NCBI GenBank assembly: GCA_040217195.1
Contig: JAVJNR010000008.1
Span: 416,001-480,000 of the forward strand
Direction: 5' to 3'
Length of the DNA: 64,000 nt
From: Leptospiraceae bacterium
Lineage (GTDB): Bacteria; Spirochaetota; Leptospiria; Leptospirales; Leptonemataceae
Shown here: positions 40,721-51,584 of the stretch, in pieces
Layout of the letters: every line of letters begins with the position of its first letter
Position numbering within the stretch: the stretch's first letter is position 1
Notes under the pieces: model-generated
Seen by the model: the letters and a program-made list of their open reading frames with translations, nothing else
The model's database searches: none
Told to the model about the DNA's origin: nothing
Made by a program: the position numbers and the translations under genes

Positions 40721-41731
40721 TCAGCCCTTCTTGATCGCACGCCTTGCAGCAAAAACGATTCCAGCCGCATTCAAGGCAGCATCCATATTCAGTCTCTCGT
40801 TCAATGCAACGGAGTCCTGTAGCCCATTCTGATTCAGTCGCTCTATCCAGTGATCCAGGATCTGCCTCTGTACATTCTCCTCTGCGGATTTAGAATCCTG
40901 GTCCGAATCAGAATTCTCTTTCTTTCCTGAAGCCAGAGTTGTACTGGCATCGGTTAGCAATTTCTCCAGGAATTCAAGACTCTCATGCAATTGACTTTCC
41001 GCTGCATCCAGATTATCCAATCGGCCAAAGTGCGTCAGAAAGACCTTATCTGCTCCGGTGGATCGAATCTTTTTCAGGCTACCATGCGCCGCTTCCGGGT
41101 CGAAATCCGTAGGCGTGCTGGATGCGAATAGAAAATCACCTCCGGACTGAAGATCCGGATAGGCAATTCCAAAACTATCGCCGGTAAACACTCCATTGCA
41201 GCTTTTCTCAAAAATGCAAAAATGATGATTCGCATGCCCTCTGGTATGCAAGAATTCCAGGGTTCGATCTTCCCAGTAGAGCAATTCACCATCGGCCATG
41301 ATTCGCACACGAGTCTCTTCGCAGGGAATGATCTCACCATAGAGTTTTTGAAATGTTTCCTCTCCATAGACCTGAATGGAGCTCTGAATCAAACGACCGG
41401 GATCTATAAGATGACGGGCTGCCCTGGGATGGGCAAGCACTGTTGCATCTTTGCACTCATTCAGCAATGCGCCGGCTCCGCCAGCATGATCCAGATGAAC
41501 ATGGGTGGGTATGATCCAATCCACATTCTCCGCTGGAATTTCCAGGATTTGTAAGGCCTCCAGGAATCGAGGTACGGCCAGGCTGGTATTCGTTTCCAGA
41601 AAGGCAGCCCGGCCCTTTTCGTTTAGCATTATGTAGGCGCAGGCGAGCTCCGGCTGAACATAGTCGCAATCCACGCAATAAATTCCGGAATCCACCTCTT
41701 TCATCCAATGCGGTAGTGTCGAAGGTGCCAT
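40721..41731 (-). CDS. MBL-fold metallo-hydrolase
   Basis: THVHLDHAGG, HPRAARHL.DP, TRGHANHH, FTGDSFG, THFG. Confidence 0.92.
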   Translation of the reverse strand: MAPSTLPHWMKEVDSGIYCVDCDYVQPELACAYIMLNEKGRAAFLETNTSLAVPRFLEALQILEIPAENVDWIIPTHVHLDHAGGAGALLNECKDATVLAHPRAARHLIDPGRLIQSSIQVYGEETFQKLYGEIIPCEETRVRIMADGELLYWEDRTLEFLHTRGHANHHFCIFEKSCNGVFTGDSFGIAYPDLQSGGDFLFASSTPTDFDPEAAHGSLKKIRSTGADKVFLTHFGRLDNLDAAESQLHESLEFLEKLLTDASTTLASGKKENSDSDQDSKSAEENVQRQILDHWIERLNQNGLQDSVALNERLNMDAALNAAGIVFAARRAIKKG

Positions 41732-41811
41732 GCTTGCAGCATAGTCCTGCCCGGTCCTGTGGGGAATCAAAAAAGAGTTTCTCCTGAGCGAGCGCAATTT
41801 ACACCGTCCCT

Positions 41812-42081
41812 GTGATCAATGCAAGGGTTTACGTTACGTTGAAGGAATCTGTACTGGATCCCCAGGGTCAGGCGGTGAACACCGCCCTGCATCATATGGG
41901 CTATGAATCGGTGCAGGATGTGCGGATTGGAAAATACATTGAACTAAAGTTGGACGCACCGTCGGTGGATCAAGCCCGGGCCCAGGTGGATGAGATGAGC
42001 CAGAAACTACTGTCCAATCCAGTAATCGAGTCCTTTCGCTTCGAATTGCTGGATTCCAGTGGATCGGTGCTGGCAAGTTAA
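41812..42081 (+). CDS. purS: FGAM synthase subunit PurS
   Basis: LKESVLDPQG, VRIGKYIEL, LLSNPVIE. Confidence 0.96.
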   Translation: MINARVYVTLKESVLDPQGQAVNTALHHMGYESVQDVRIGKYIELKLDAPSVDQARAQVDEMSQKLLSNPVIESFRFELLDSSGSVLAS

Positions 42082-42102
42082 CACCAGGAAGGCAGATCAG
42101 AC

Positions 42103-42762
42103 ATGAAAGCAGGTGTAATTACATTTCCAGGATCCAACTGCGATCGAGATATTCAGACCATTCTTCAGGACTTTTTCAGCGTACCCACCGATATGCTCTG
42201 GCATGCAAATCCCATTTCCCGACCCTATGATCTTCTGGTTGTTCCTGGCGGATTCTCCTATGGGGACTATCTAAGAGCCGGGGCCATTGCCCGTTTCGCG
42301 CCGGCCATGCAGGATTTGATTCAGCATGCGAAAAAGGGAGGCTACGTTCTGGGTATCTGTAATGGTTTTCAAATCTTATGCGAATCCCATTTGTTGCCGG
42401 GCGCACTCATACGAAACCAGAACCTGAAACATATCTGCAAAGATGTGTCACTTTTGCCCGAGACCTCAAATTCTGTTTTTGGCAAACTGCTGGGCCCCAT
42501 GTCCATTCCGGTTTCCCATGGCGAAGGCAATTACAGAGCCAGCGAAGATACCCTTAAAGCTCTCAATGACAATGGGCAGATCGCATTTCGGTATCAGGAC
42601 AACCCCAATGGTTCCATTGAGAACATTGCAGGAATCACAAATGAGGATGGACGGATAATGGGTATGATGCCCCATCCAGAACGCGCCACTGATCCGGCCA
42701 ACGGAAAAACAGAAGGAAAGCCCATTCTAGAAGCCATCATGAAATCCCTGCAGGCTGCATAG
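42103..42762 (+). CDS. purQ: FGAM synthase glutaminase subunit PurQ
   Basis: FPGSNCD, PGGFSYGDYLRAG, GICNGFQ, MMPHPER. Confidence 0.97.
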   Translation: MKAGVITFPGSNCDRDIQTILQDFFSVPTDMLWHANPISRPYDLLVVPGGFSYGDYLRAGAIARFAPAMQDLIQHAKKGGYVLGICNGFQILCESHLLPGALIRNQNLKHICKDVSLLPETSNSVFGKLLGPMSIPVSHGEGNYRASEDTLKALNDNGQIAFRYQDNPNGSIENIAGITNEDGRIMGMMPHPERATDPANGKTEGKPILEAIMKSLQAA

Positions 42763-45096
42763 ATGCGGATTCGCATTTCAACAGCATCCGTAAACCAGAC
42801 TCCCCTGGATTGGTCCGGCAACCGAAAGCGAATCCTGCAGGCAGCGGAAGAAGCAATGAAGTCCGGGCCGGAAGTGATCCTCTTTCCGGAGCTCTGCATT
42901 TCCGGATACGGATGCGAAGATGCATTTCATATGCCAGAGATGTGGCAGAGTAGCCTGGATAGCCTGGACTTGCTTTGCGAAAAGCTGGGAGGAATTGCCG
43001 GCTCTGTACCTGTAATCGTTGGCCTGCCCTATATGCATCAGGGACTATTGTATAACGTAGCGGCCGTAATTCATTCAGGCTCTGTGGCAGCCATTGTGCC
43101 CAAACAGCACCTGGCCGGCGATGGAATTCATTATGAACCTCGCTGGTTTCATCCGCATAAGAGTGGCCCGGATCAAACTGGACCAAATGGTATCCCTTTC
43201 GGGCCTACTATTTTTGACACCGGCCGGCTTCGATTCCTGATTGAGATCTGTGAAGACTCCTGGGTGGACAATCGCCCGGCCAGTCAGCATGCTGGTTCTT
43301 CGTTTGATCTAATACTCAGCCCTACGGCCTCCCATTTCGCCATTGGCAAACAAAGAATTCGTCGACAAATCGCCCTGGAATCATCCCGAGCCTTTCATTG
43401 CACCTATGTATCTGTAAACCTTCTGGGAAATGAAGCGGGCCGCGCCATATACGATGGACAGACCCTTGCCTGTCATTCAGGCGAATTGTTACTGGAAAGT
43501 ACGGCATTTTCGTTTAAGCCGTACACGGTTCACAATATTGAATTCAATCCAATAATGAATCGATCTAAAAGGGTTCAAACACATAGCTTCAGGGAGTCTA
43601 TCAGCATTCCTCCCGGCAGTATGCTGGAATCTGCCACCGTTCGCCTGGAGACTCATTTCAAAAAGGAATTCGGATTTCGCTTACCCGGCGAGGAAAAGGG
43701 ACCGGCCAGGGCTGGTTTTTCCCACAACGACTCCCGGAATGAAGATAATCCGGATGGATCCGCAAGAAGCTCCAGCGGCGATTCCGGCACTTCTGTTCGC
43801 CAGGGAGCAGAACCCCTTACAGATTCCCAAGATACAGTCGGAGCCTCCAATTCTTCGCAGTATCTGGGCCGGCGCCATGGAAATCCCTATCTGGAATTTC
43901 TTTATGCAACCACTCTGGCATTATTCGATTATTTACGAAAGAGCCATTCTCGAGGATTTGCACTTTCCCTTTCTGGAGGAGCTGACAGCGGGGCCTGCGC
44001 AGTCCTCGTGGAACGGATGGTCCGAACCGGCATAACCGACCTGGGCTTAAAAGGATTTCTACAGGCCATCGACAGAGAAGACCTGCTCGAAGAACCGGAC
44101 ATTCGCGGCGAAACCAGTTCCGGTACGATTGAACCTCTGCTAAAGCATCTGCTATTCACAGTATACCAGGGAACGGATCAAAGCTCCACCACTACCAGCC
44201 AGGCAGCTCGACTGCTTGCAGAGGCTCTGGGAAGCAATCATCAACAGGTACAGATTCAAAGCATTGTAGATAACTATATAGGTATCTATGAGCAGGCCTA
44301 TGAAAGAAAATTGGAATGGCAAAGCGATGATATAGTGCTTCAGAATATTCAGGCCAGGGCAAGGAGTCCATTTGTATGGATGCTTGCCAACTCTACTGGA
44401 AGTCTGCTCATAGCTACTGGAAATCGTAGCGAAGGGGCTGTGGGATATTGCACCATGGATGGGGACACATCTGGTGGCATCGCTCCCATAGCCGGTATTG
44501 ATAAGAATTTTCTTCGCGCCTGGCTTCTATTCATGGAACATACCGGGGATTCCTATGGACCCATCCCGGCCCTGCGGGCCATCAATGAGCAGCAACCCAC
44601 AGCGGAGCTACGACCGGGGCAGCAGCATCAAACCGATGAAGATGATCTCATGGCCTATGATCTGCTTAATAGAATTCAAAAGCTGGCCGTGAGAGACCGT
44701 CAGGGACCGGCTCAGATACTGGAAGAGCTTCTGAAAGATCAAAGGCTACCTGTGATGGAGAAAACAATTTCAAACAGCCAATCGAAATCTTCAGCGCTTC
44801 AGCAAGAAAATGATCCTGCCTTGAATTCGCTTAAAGTACCTGTTTCGCCCATCTCCGGTTCCAACCCTCAGCTGCCAGGAGAAACCAGATTTCGGCCTTT
44901 TTCGGGCGATTATAGCCGCTCCGAACTCATACAGGCCATTCGTAAATATTTTACGCTTTGGTCTCGCAATCAGTGGAAAAGGGAACGAATCGCTGTTTCA
45001 TTTCATCTAGACGATGAAAACATAGATCCACGCACCTATTTTCGCTTCCCCATATTGTCTTCCGGATTTCTAGAAGAGCTGGCTGCCCTGGAATAG
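42763..45096 (+). CDS. nadE: Glutamine-dependent NAD+ synthetase with two insertions
   Basis: Nitrilase domain (PELCISGYGCED, PK, EICED) plus SLSGGADS, QNIQARAR, TGNRSE, PTAEL, QWKRER. Confidence 0.95.
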   Translation: MRIRISTASVNQTPLDWSGNRKRILQAAEEAMKSGPEVILFPELCISGYGCEDAFHMPEMWQSSLDSLDLLCEKLGGIAGSVPVIVGLPYMHQGLLYNVAAVIHSGSVAAIVPKQHLAGDGIHYEPRWFHPHKSGPDQTGPNGIPFGPTIFDTGRLRFLIEICEDSWVDNRPASQHAGSSFDLILSPTASHFAIGKQRIRRQIALESSRAFHCTYVSVNLLGNEAGRAIYDGQTLACHSGELLLESTAFSFKPYTVHNIEFNPIMNRSKRVQTHSFRESISIPPGSMLESATVRLETHFKKEFGFRLPGEEKGPARAGFSHNDSRNEDNPDGSARSSSGDSGTSVRQGAEPLTDSQDTVGASNSSQYLGRRHGNPYLEFLYATTLALFDYLRKSHSRGFALSLSGGADSGACAVLVERMVRTGITDLGLKGFLQAIDREDLLEEPDIRGETSSGTIEPLLKHLLFTVYQGTDQSSTTTSQAARLLAEALGSNHQQVQIQSIVDNYIGIYEQAYERKLEWQSDDIVLQNIQARARSPFVWMLANSTGSLLIATGNRSEGAVGYCTMDGDTSGGIAPIAGIDKNFLRAWLLFMEHTGDSYGPIPALRAINEQQPTAELRPGQQHQTDEDDLMAYDLLNRIQKLAVRDRQGPAQILEELLKDQRLPVMEKTISNSQSKSSALQQENDPALNSLKVPVSPISGSNPQLPGETRFRPFSGDYSRSELIQAIRKYFTLWSRNQWKRERIAVSFHLDDENIDPRTYFRFPILSSGFLEELAALE

Positions 45097-45306
45097 ATTC
45101 TGACAGTGCACCGGCAGGGTCTTAGAAACTGCCAGGAGTTCTACATCTATTCGAATAGAGTCCATCACTGGAAGTCGCCCATCACTGAAATGCCTCGGAA
45201 CCTCAACGCCTGTTTGCATTATTGATAGCCTTCTTCACGGCCGGTTTTTATTTCCGATTCAACAGAAAGTCAGACCACAAATCTGCCAGGCTCGTCTATA
45301 TAGATC

Positions 45307-46302
45307 ATGAAATTAGATTCCCATGGATGGAAACAAGCCTCGCCCGCTGGCAAGAATAGGTCAAAGTCCAGGGTCCGGGAAAAAGGAAAGATAGTCATTG
45401 CAGGTGGGAGCGGTTACCTGGGTCTCAGTCTGGCCCGTTATCTTGCAGACCAGAACTATCAGATTGTTCTGATTTCCAGAAGCAAACCTGAACAGATACC
45501 GGCCTCGGCAAAGCATATTACCTGGGATGGACGACATCCGGGCAATTGGGCCGGGCATCTGGAAGGAGCTTTCGCTCTGGTCAACCTGGCCGGGCGAACA
45601 GTGGATTGTATCAAAACTCCTGAAACCATGGATGAAATACTGCGCTCGAGAGTCGAGAGTACTACCGTTCTTGGCCAGGCGCTAAAAACGGTGCGCAAAA
45701 AACCATCAGTCTGGGTTCAGATGTCAACGGCCCATATCTACGGCGACTCTCTGGAAACTTGCAATGAGGAATCGGCCATTGGTTATGGCCTGGCACCCGA
45801 CGTTGGAGTAGCCTGGGAAGCAGCTTTTGCAAACGCGCTTCCCCGAACCATGCGAGGAGTAATACTACGCACAAGTTTTGTAATCGGAGCGAATGGTGGA
45901 GCATTGAAACGCCTGGCATTGCTTGTTCGTCTGGGTCTGGGCGGTCGAGTGGGCCACGGAAACCAGGGGATGAGCTGGATTCATGAACTGGATATGAATC
46001 GGATCTTTCTGCGTGGAATTGAAGACCCTAAAATGAAAGGGGCTTACATCGCCAGTGCACCAGAACCGGTAAGTCAAAAGGATTTCATGCGCTCATTGCG
46101 TAGATCAATGAAGATGCCCATTGGCCTTCCGGCCACTGCCTGGATGGTAAAACTGGGAGCTCCTCTGCTTATGAATACTGATCCAGATCTAGCGCTATAC
46201 GGAAGATATGTAATCCCCAATCGATTGCTAAAGGAAGGATTCCACTTTCAGTTCCCGGAATTGAAAATGGCTCTGTCTGACATCCGAAAAAAACGGAGCT
46301 GA
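45307..46302 (+). CDS. TIGR01777/YfcH-like NAD-dependent epimerase-family protein
   Basis: [39 protein letters not shown]. Start uncertain. Confidence 0.85.
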   Translation: MKLDSHGWKQASPAGKNRSKSRVREKGKIVIAGGSGYLGLSLARYLADQNYQIVLISRSKPEQIPASAKHITWDGRHPGNWAGHLEGAFALVNLAGRTVDCIKTPETMDEILRSRVESTTVLGQALKTVRKKPSVWVQMSTAHIYGDSLETCNEESAIGYGLAPDVGVAWEAAFANALPRTMRGVILRTSFVIGANGGALKRLALLVRLGLGGRVGHGNQGMSWIHELDMNRIFLRGIEDPKMKGAYIASAPEPVSQKDFMRSLRRSMKMPIGLPATAWMVKLGAPLLMNTDPDLALYGRYVIPNRLLKEGFHFQFPELKMALSDIRKKRS

Positions 46303-46462
46303 GAATTCACAGAAAAATCCTTTTTTGAGATCCTTCATACTCTCAGTGACCAGGAAAATTGATGGATATTGACTATACGCCCGGCATTCTGACCTGCATT
46401 AACGGATGGATTGATGATGACCGGGATCCATAGATTAATCCATTACTGAAGGGAAACTCGAT

Positions 46463-47917
46463 TTGCTAAAGTGGTCTAAAATTCGAGAACAGGGACAGCA
46501 GTGGAGTATTCTCTGGGACATAGTGATGATCATCATTGCTGTGACCAACCTGGCTCTAATCTCTTTTGATCTAATGTATCTTAGAATGCGGCCCTATCTG
46601 TATCACTACGCTCCTGAAGTTGTACAGCAATACGATAGGCTTAAAGGCATTGAAGAAAATCGTTTCACTACAGATTACCTGAATCGAGTTAAAGATCTAA
46701 GGCAATCCATTGAGGTTGACCTGGCCACAGGAGGAGTTTTTTCCCGGGCCACAAAAGCGAAAAGCAATGAGCTGGCAGCTCTATCCGTTGAAATGCTAGA
46801 AGAGAATCCCTTTCAAACAGCCGGTCTGAGCAAGAACCTGGAAAAAATAAAGGGCCGCATTCGCCAGTTCGTAAGAGAGGAAACAAATCAAGAAATTGAA
46901 TCCTACGACGATGCATTTATTCATTACTGGACTCTCGATCCCACGAACTACGAAGACCGTTTCGACCACTTTAACTCCACAATTGCTCCCTTAATGGAGG
47001 TTAACTATTTTCGCCACAGAGACATCGACGGCGATTTTGTGAATTTGTACTGGAGCACCATCGACCTTCCTTTCCTGATTTTCTTCTTCTTTGATTTTGT
47101 CATTCGATTCCTGTTATTCTTTCGCAAGGCTCCGTCCCGCTGGTTTCTATTCCCGGTCTACAACTGGTACGATTTTCTAAGCCTTTTTCCATCAAGCTGG
47201 CTTCGATTACTTCGACTGTTCCGGGTGATGGCTATCTGGGCCCGTCTGCGACAATCCGAATTGCTGGCCGCAGGCGATGGTTTGATTGTGCGAACCATAA
47301 AGAGCTACTCGGATCTGCTCTCCCGGGAGATATCCGGCATGGTGGCCATTCAGATCATTTCCCAGCTTCAATCCGAGGTGCAGAAAACAAGAGAAGGCCA
47401 ATTCCTGGCGGACTCTCTGGAACCTCACAGGGAGGAAATCAAGGAGGTGGTACTGGAGCAAACAGAGAAGCTTACCCGGGAAAGAATCCTTCCTTTTCGT
47501 CCCAGGGTGGCTGAGCTTGTTCGAATCAGCCTGGAAAAATCCCTGGAATCCACGGCTTTTCGCTTTGTTCCCAACGCCATTCTAAGACCGGTTTTGCAAA
47601 AGGGAGGCGCCGATGTTGTGGAATCCCTCTTTGAAACCATTGCAGCCACTGTGGAAAGCCAGGAGGGCAAAGAAGCCATTGGAGGTATAGTGGATCAAGT
47701 CCTGGATTCCTTGCGAGGCCCTGATGGAGAAAAAACGGCCGGACTGATCCAGAAGCTTACCTACAACAGCCTGGAGGAGCTAAAAGGGCAGTTTGTGAAT
47801 CGTGAGTTAATGGAGGAAGGAAGCAAAACGTTGCAGGAGCAAATAAGTGAAATCACCTCCCCTCTATTCCGTTCCAGAAACACAGACGGTGATCAAATCT
47901 CCGGCACCGAGAAGTAA
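46463..47917 (+). CDS. Membrane protein with ion-transport S1-S4 voltage-sensor-like helices and a helical C-terminal domain
   Basis: TTG start; TM WDIVMIIIAV, IDLPFLIFFFFDFVIRF, WYDFLSLFP, LRLLRLFRV. Confidence 0.7.
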   Translation: MLKWSKIREQGQQWSILWDIVMIIIAVTNLALISFDLMYLRMRPYLYHYAPEVVQQYDRLKGIEENRFTTDYLNRVKDLRQSIEVDLATGGVFSRATKAKSNELAALSVEMLEENPFQTAGLSKNLEKIKGRIRQFVREETNQEIESYDDAFIHYWTLDPTNYEDRFDHFNSTIAPLMEVNYFRHRDIDGDFVNLYWSTIDLPFLIFFFFDFVIRFLLFFRKAPSRWFLFPVYNWYDFLSLFPSSWLRLLRLFRVMAIWARLRQSELLAAGDGLIVRTIKSYSDLLSREISGMVAIQIISQLQSEVQKTREGQFLADSLEPHREEIKEVVLEQTEKLTRERILPFRPRVAELVRISLEKSLESTAFRFVPNAILRPVLQKGGADVVESLFETIAATVESQEGKEAIGGIVDQVLDSLRGPDGEKTAGLIQKLTYNSLEELKGQFVNRELMEEGSKTLQEQISEITSPLFRSRNTDGDQISGTEK

Positions 47918-47970
47918 AGATACTGTCTCGAAAGCATTGACCGTCTCAGGCCTCCGTCCAACCTGGAGCC

Positions 47971-49674
47971 ATGCCATCTGCGAACAAAGACCTGAACTGG
48001 AATAGTCAGAACATAACAAAGGGAGATCGTCGTGCTCCCAACCGGGCCATGATGCGGGCTGTGGGATTCAGCGACGAAGATTTTCGCAAACCAGTCATTG
48101 CAGTCGCCAGTGGCCATTCAACCATAACTCCCTGCAATGCCGGAATCCGTCCTCTGGAACAATCTGCCGAGAAGGGAATCTTTGGAGCCGGAGGAATGGC
48201 CCAGGTTTTTGGTACCATCACCATTTCAGACGGTATCTCCATGGGCTCGGAAGGAATGAAGTTTTCCCTGGTAAGCCGGGAGGTGATTGCAGATTCCATA
48301 GAAACCGTATGCCGGGGACAACACATGGATGGCCTGGTGGCCATCGGTGGTTGCGACAAGAACATGCCAGGCGCAATGATGGCCATTGCTCGATTGAACA
48401 TTCCATCCGTTTTTGTTTACGGAGGCACAATCTATCCGGGTCATTATAAAGATAAGGATCTAAACATCGTATCCGTTTTCGAATCTGTCGGGCAATTCCA
48501 GGGAGGAAGAATCGATAAGGAGGAATTCGAGCAGATTGAAAAGCATGCCTGTCCAGGTACCGGCAGTTGCGGAGGGATGTACACAGCCAATACAATGTCC
48601 AGCGCCATTGAAGCTCTGGGCATGAGCCTTCCAGGTTCCTCCACAATGGGAAGCCCGGACCAGGAAAAGGCGGATTCGGCTGGAGAGAGCGGAAAGGCAG
48701 TCTACGAACTAATTAAAAAAAATATCAGGCCTGCAGATATCATGACTCGAAAAGCCTTCGAAAACGCCATTTCCGTCGTTATGGCCATGGGCGGATCCAC
48801 CAATGCCGTGCTGCATTTGCTGGCTATCGCTCATGATATGAATGTAGATTTGAGCATCGATGACTTTGAGCGAATCGCGCAAAAGGTACCGCACATCCTG
48901 GATATGAAACCGTCAGGCAAATACCTGGCTGTGGATTTGCATCGCCTGGGAGGAGTTCCTCGCATCATGAAGATGCTTCTGGAGGCAGGTCTGATTCATG
49001 GCGATTGCCTAACCTGCACGGGAAAGATAGTGGCAGAAAATCTGGCCGAGTTACCGTCTGGAATTCCAGAGAACCAGGATTTGATCTATCCTCTGGATAG
49101 CCCCATCTACAAAAGAGGACACCTGGTCATCCTTCGAGGAAACCTGGCTCCAGGGGGAGCCGTTGCCAAGATTTCCGGTGTGGCCAAGCCGGCCATTAGC
49201 GGACCGGCCCGTATTTTTGATTCGGAAGAGGAATGTATGGATGCCATCCTCTCCGATGTAATCGAGCCAGGCGATATCATTGTTATTAGATATGAAGGTC
49301 CTCGAGGAGGACCAGGAATGCGAGAGATGCTTTCTCCCACTTCAGCTCTGATTGGCAAAGGACTGGGAGATAGCGTAGGCCTGATTACCGATGGTCGTTT
49401 TTCTGGCGGTACCTATGGAATGGTTGTAGGGCATGTGGCTCCTGAAGCGGCTCTTGGCGGACCCATCGCTCTGGTGCGAGAGGGAGAAATCATAACCATC
49501 GATGCAGAGGATAACCTCCTTCAGATTCATATTACGGAAGCAGAACTGGAAGTGCGGCGCAAAGAATGGAAAGAGCGGCCCCCCATGTATCGCAGAGGTG
49601 TGATTGCAAAATATGCAAGCACAGTGGGCTCGGCAGAATTCGGCGCCGTAACGGACAATGTATTTCCTGAATAA
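47971..49674 (+). CDS. ilvD: Dihydroxy-acid dehydratase
   Basis: [59 protein letters not shown]. Confidence 0.97.
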   Translation: MPSANKDLNWNSQNITKGDRRAPNRAMMRAVGFSDEDFRKPVIAVASGHSTITPCNAGIRPLEQSAEKGIFGAGGMAQVFGTITISDGISMGSEGMKFSLVSREVIADSIETVCRGQHMDGLVAIGGCDKNMPGAMMAIARLNIPSVFVYGGTIYPGHYKDKDLNIVSVFESVGQFQGGRIDKEEFEQIEKHACPGTGSCGGMYTANTMSSAIEALGMSLPGSSTMGSPDQEKADSAGESGKAVYELIKKNIRPADIMTRKAFENAISVVMAMGGSTNAVLHLLAIAHDMNVDLSIDDFERIAQKVPHILDMKPSGKYLAVDLHRLGGVPRIMKMLLEAGLIHGDCLTCTGKIVAENLAELPSGIPENQDLIYPLDSPIYKRGHLVILRGNLAPGGAVAKISGVAKPAISGPARIFDSEEECMDAILSDVIEPGDIIVIRYEGPRGGPGMREMLSPTSALIGKGLGDSVGLITDGRFSGGTYGMVVGHVAPEAALGGPIALVREGEIITIDAEDNLLQIHITEAELEVRRKEWKERPPMYRRGVIAKYASTVGSAEFGAVTDNVFPE

Positions 49675-49748
49675 GATTAACCTGGTTTTTGCTTTACATA
49701 GTAGGATTTTCCAGGAGTTTCCGGGGATCCAAAACCCTGGGGGACAAT

Positions 49749-50090
49749 TTGAAGAATTCCATCTATCTGATTTGTGCATCCATTCTATTTTTTAGCATCA
49801 CTGCCTGCCAGAGTGAATCTGAAAAATCCTGTTTTGAACAGGGAAATCTACGCGACTGTACGTATCTTTGTCATCAGGGAAACAGCGGGGCCTGCGCCCT
49901 GGAGGAACCTCTGGGACAGGAAAAATGCCTGGAACAGGGCAGCATGGAAGATTGTATTGAACTCTGCTACACTTCAGAACTGAACGGAAGTCATCCTCCG
50001 GCAGAGCCTTATTGTAACAAAATCGAATCACTGTGCCTGCAGGAGCAGTACAGGGACCATGAGCAATGCCAGCTCAACGCTGAACCCTGA
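49749..50090 (+). CDS. Cys-rich small lipoprotein A
   Basis: TTG start after GGGGGA; lipobox ITAC; 10 further Cys; paralog at 50435. Confidence 0.75.
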   Translation: MKNSIYLICASILFFSITACQSESEKSCFEQGNLRDCTYLCHQGNSGACALEEPLGQEKCLEQGSMEDCIELCYTSELNGSHPPAEPYCNKIESLCLQEQYRDHEQCQLNAEP

Positions 50091-50434
50091 GTTCAAAAAG
50101 CAAGGTGCTGGCACGATGCTAATCCATCGATTACTGTTGCGGGCATTCCCTCCAAAGCTCCTCTGCCGTCGCTGGCAGTTCAATCGCTTGCGCAATCGCA
50201 GGTCCAACCATGCAGGTACCCGAGTATAGGCGGAGTTTTGGGCGGAGACGAGAAAACCGATTGAGTGGTCAGATCCAGTATCAGTTAAATTCGATAATAT
50301 TTAGAACTCGAAATGTATATCGAAGTTTCTTTCAATAAAGTCCTGCATGCTCAATTATTCTTTACAATAGATTTTCTGACTTTAACCTACCCTTAGATCC
50401 AGGCCATTCCTGGTCTTTACAGGAGGGAGAGTGT

Positions 50435-50773
50435 ATGCGTAGATTAATGATAATTACCGTTCTGGTTGCAGGACTGCCAGTTCTGGCGGCCTGCGGAAGC
50501 GAAGAAGAAGTACCCTGCTTCGAAGAAAATCAAATCGGATCCTGCAAGTATCTCTGCACTCAGGGAAACGAAGCGGCCTGCAAAAAAGAGGCCGAGCTCG
50601 GTAAATCTGGATGTTTACTTGAGGGTGATATCCGTACCTGTGACCTGGTCTGTAGCGCGGAACATTCGCAGGGAAACCATCCCGCCTCTGCACCTTATTG
50701 CGAAAAATTAAAGGAGCTCTGTGCAAATCCTGAAAATGCCGGCAAGGAAGTTTGCGGCCTGTACATAGAGTAG
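50435..50773 (+). CDS. Cys-rich small lipoprotein B
   Basis: AGGAGG RBS; lipobox LAAC; identical 10-Cys spacing to lipoprotein A. Confidence 0.85.
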   Translation: MRRLMIITVLVAGLPVLAACGSEEEVPCFEENQIGSCKYLCTQGNEAACKKEAELGKSGCLLEGDIRTCDLVCSAEHSQGNHPASAPYCEKLKELCANPENAGKEVCGLYIE

Positions 50774-50830
50774 CCGCTCACTGAGTAGCCACTCAATTGC
50801 CCGATCATTAAGAATCCGAAAGCAATAGGT

Positions 50831-51364
50831 TCACTCTGTTTCTTTTGCCAGCTGTAGCCAGGCGATGATTTCAGGCGCTGTTTTCAATGATTTCGCATCA
50901 CTGATTGGTTCCAGAACTGTGTCCTGAATCACGGTCCACTTTCTGGGATCACCATTACATCCCTGACTTTCTGTTTCTGGATTGGGCTCGAAGGCAATCC
51001 AGCGTGCAATTGAGGTAACGGAGAAATGCTCGATCAACCATTCATGTCGATCGTACTGTCCTACGTTGACTTTCACATCCACCCAGTTCTGCAATTCCTG
51101 CTGCAATTCATCATCCGACTTCAAAGCTTCGACTCGCCTACAATCCGTGCACCAGTCTGCGCCCAGCTGTAAAAGGATGGGCCGATTCGATGCATTGGAT
51201 TGAATGCAAGCCTGGAGTAATACTTCCTGGAGTTCATCGTCGGTTCTCTGAGCACCGTAGCTAGTTGCCAGGGTGGAGTTCCGCTCATTGCAGGCGCCGG
51301 AAAAAACCAGCATAGTAAGAATCGTTATCCAGGCTAGAGTTAGATGCGGAGGGTATAGCTTCAT
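50831..51364 (-). CDS. Thioredoxin-family lipoprotein
   Basis: Lipobox SGAC; ILLQLGADWCTDCR. Confidence 0.82.
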   Translation of the reverse strand: MKLYPPHLTLAWITILTMLVFSGACNERNSTLATSYGAQRTDDELQEVLLQACIQSNASNRPILLQLGADWCTDCRRVEALKSDDELQQELQNWVDVKVNVGQYDRHEWLIEHFSVTSIARWIAFEPNPETESQGCNGDPRKWTVIQDTVLEPISDAKSLKTAPEIIAWLQLAKETE

Positions 51365-51584
51365 TGGTCTGCAAAGATTCTAACAATTATTGCGTTGATT
51401 GACTCCCTGAAAAAGAGCATCCATCAACCTTACATCAATTTTTTTCTGAGATGAGCCAACGGCAGCGCCGGAATCCGAAAAAATTGCCACGCCAGGCAGG
51501 AAAAAACCATTTTCATTGGGGCTGGACTCAGAACATTGGAACCAGTAATCTATTTGATATAACAGGCTGTGGCCGGAGGTTCTT

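Noticed and set aside
41812..42762. purS-purQ without purL as a defective pathway
   Set aside because: Dispersed pur genes are common (purC is also separate here); purL is probably elsewhere in the genome.
51365..51584. Possible cobalamin riboswitch upstream of B12-dependent ecm
   Set aside because: No GGGAA...GCCCCCGCAACTGT / B12-box motifs visible.
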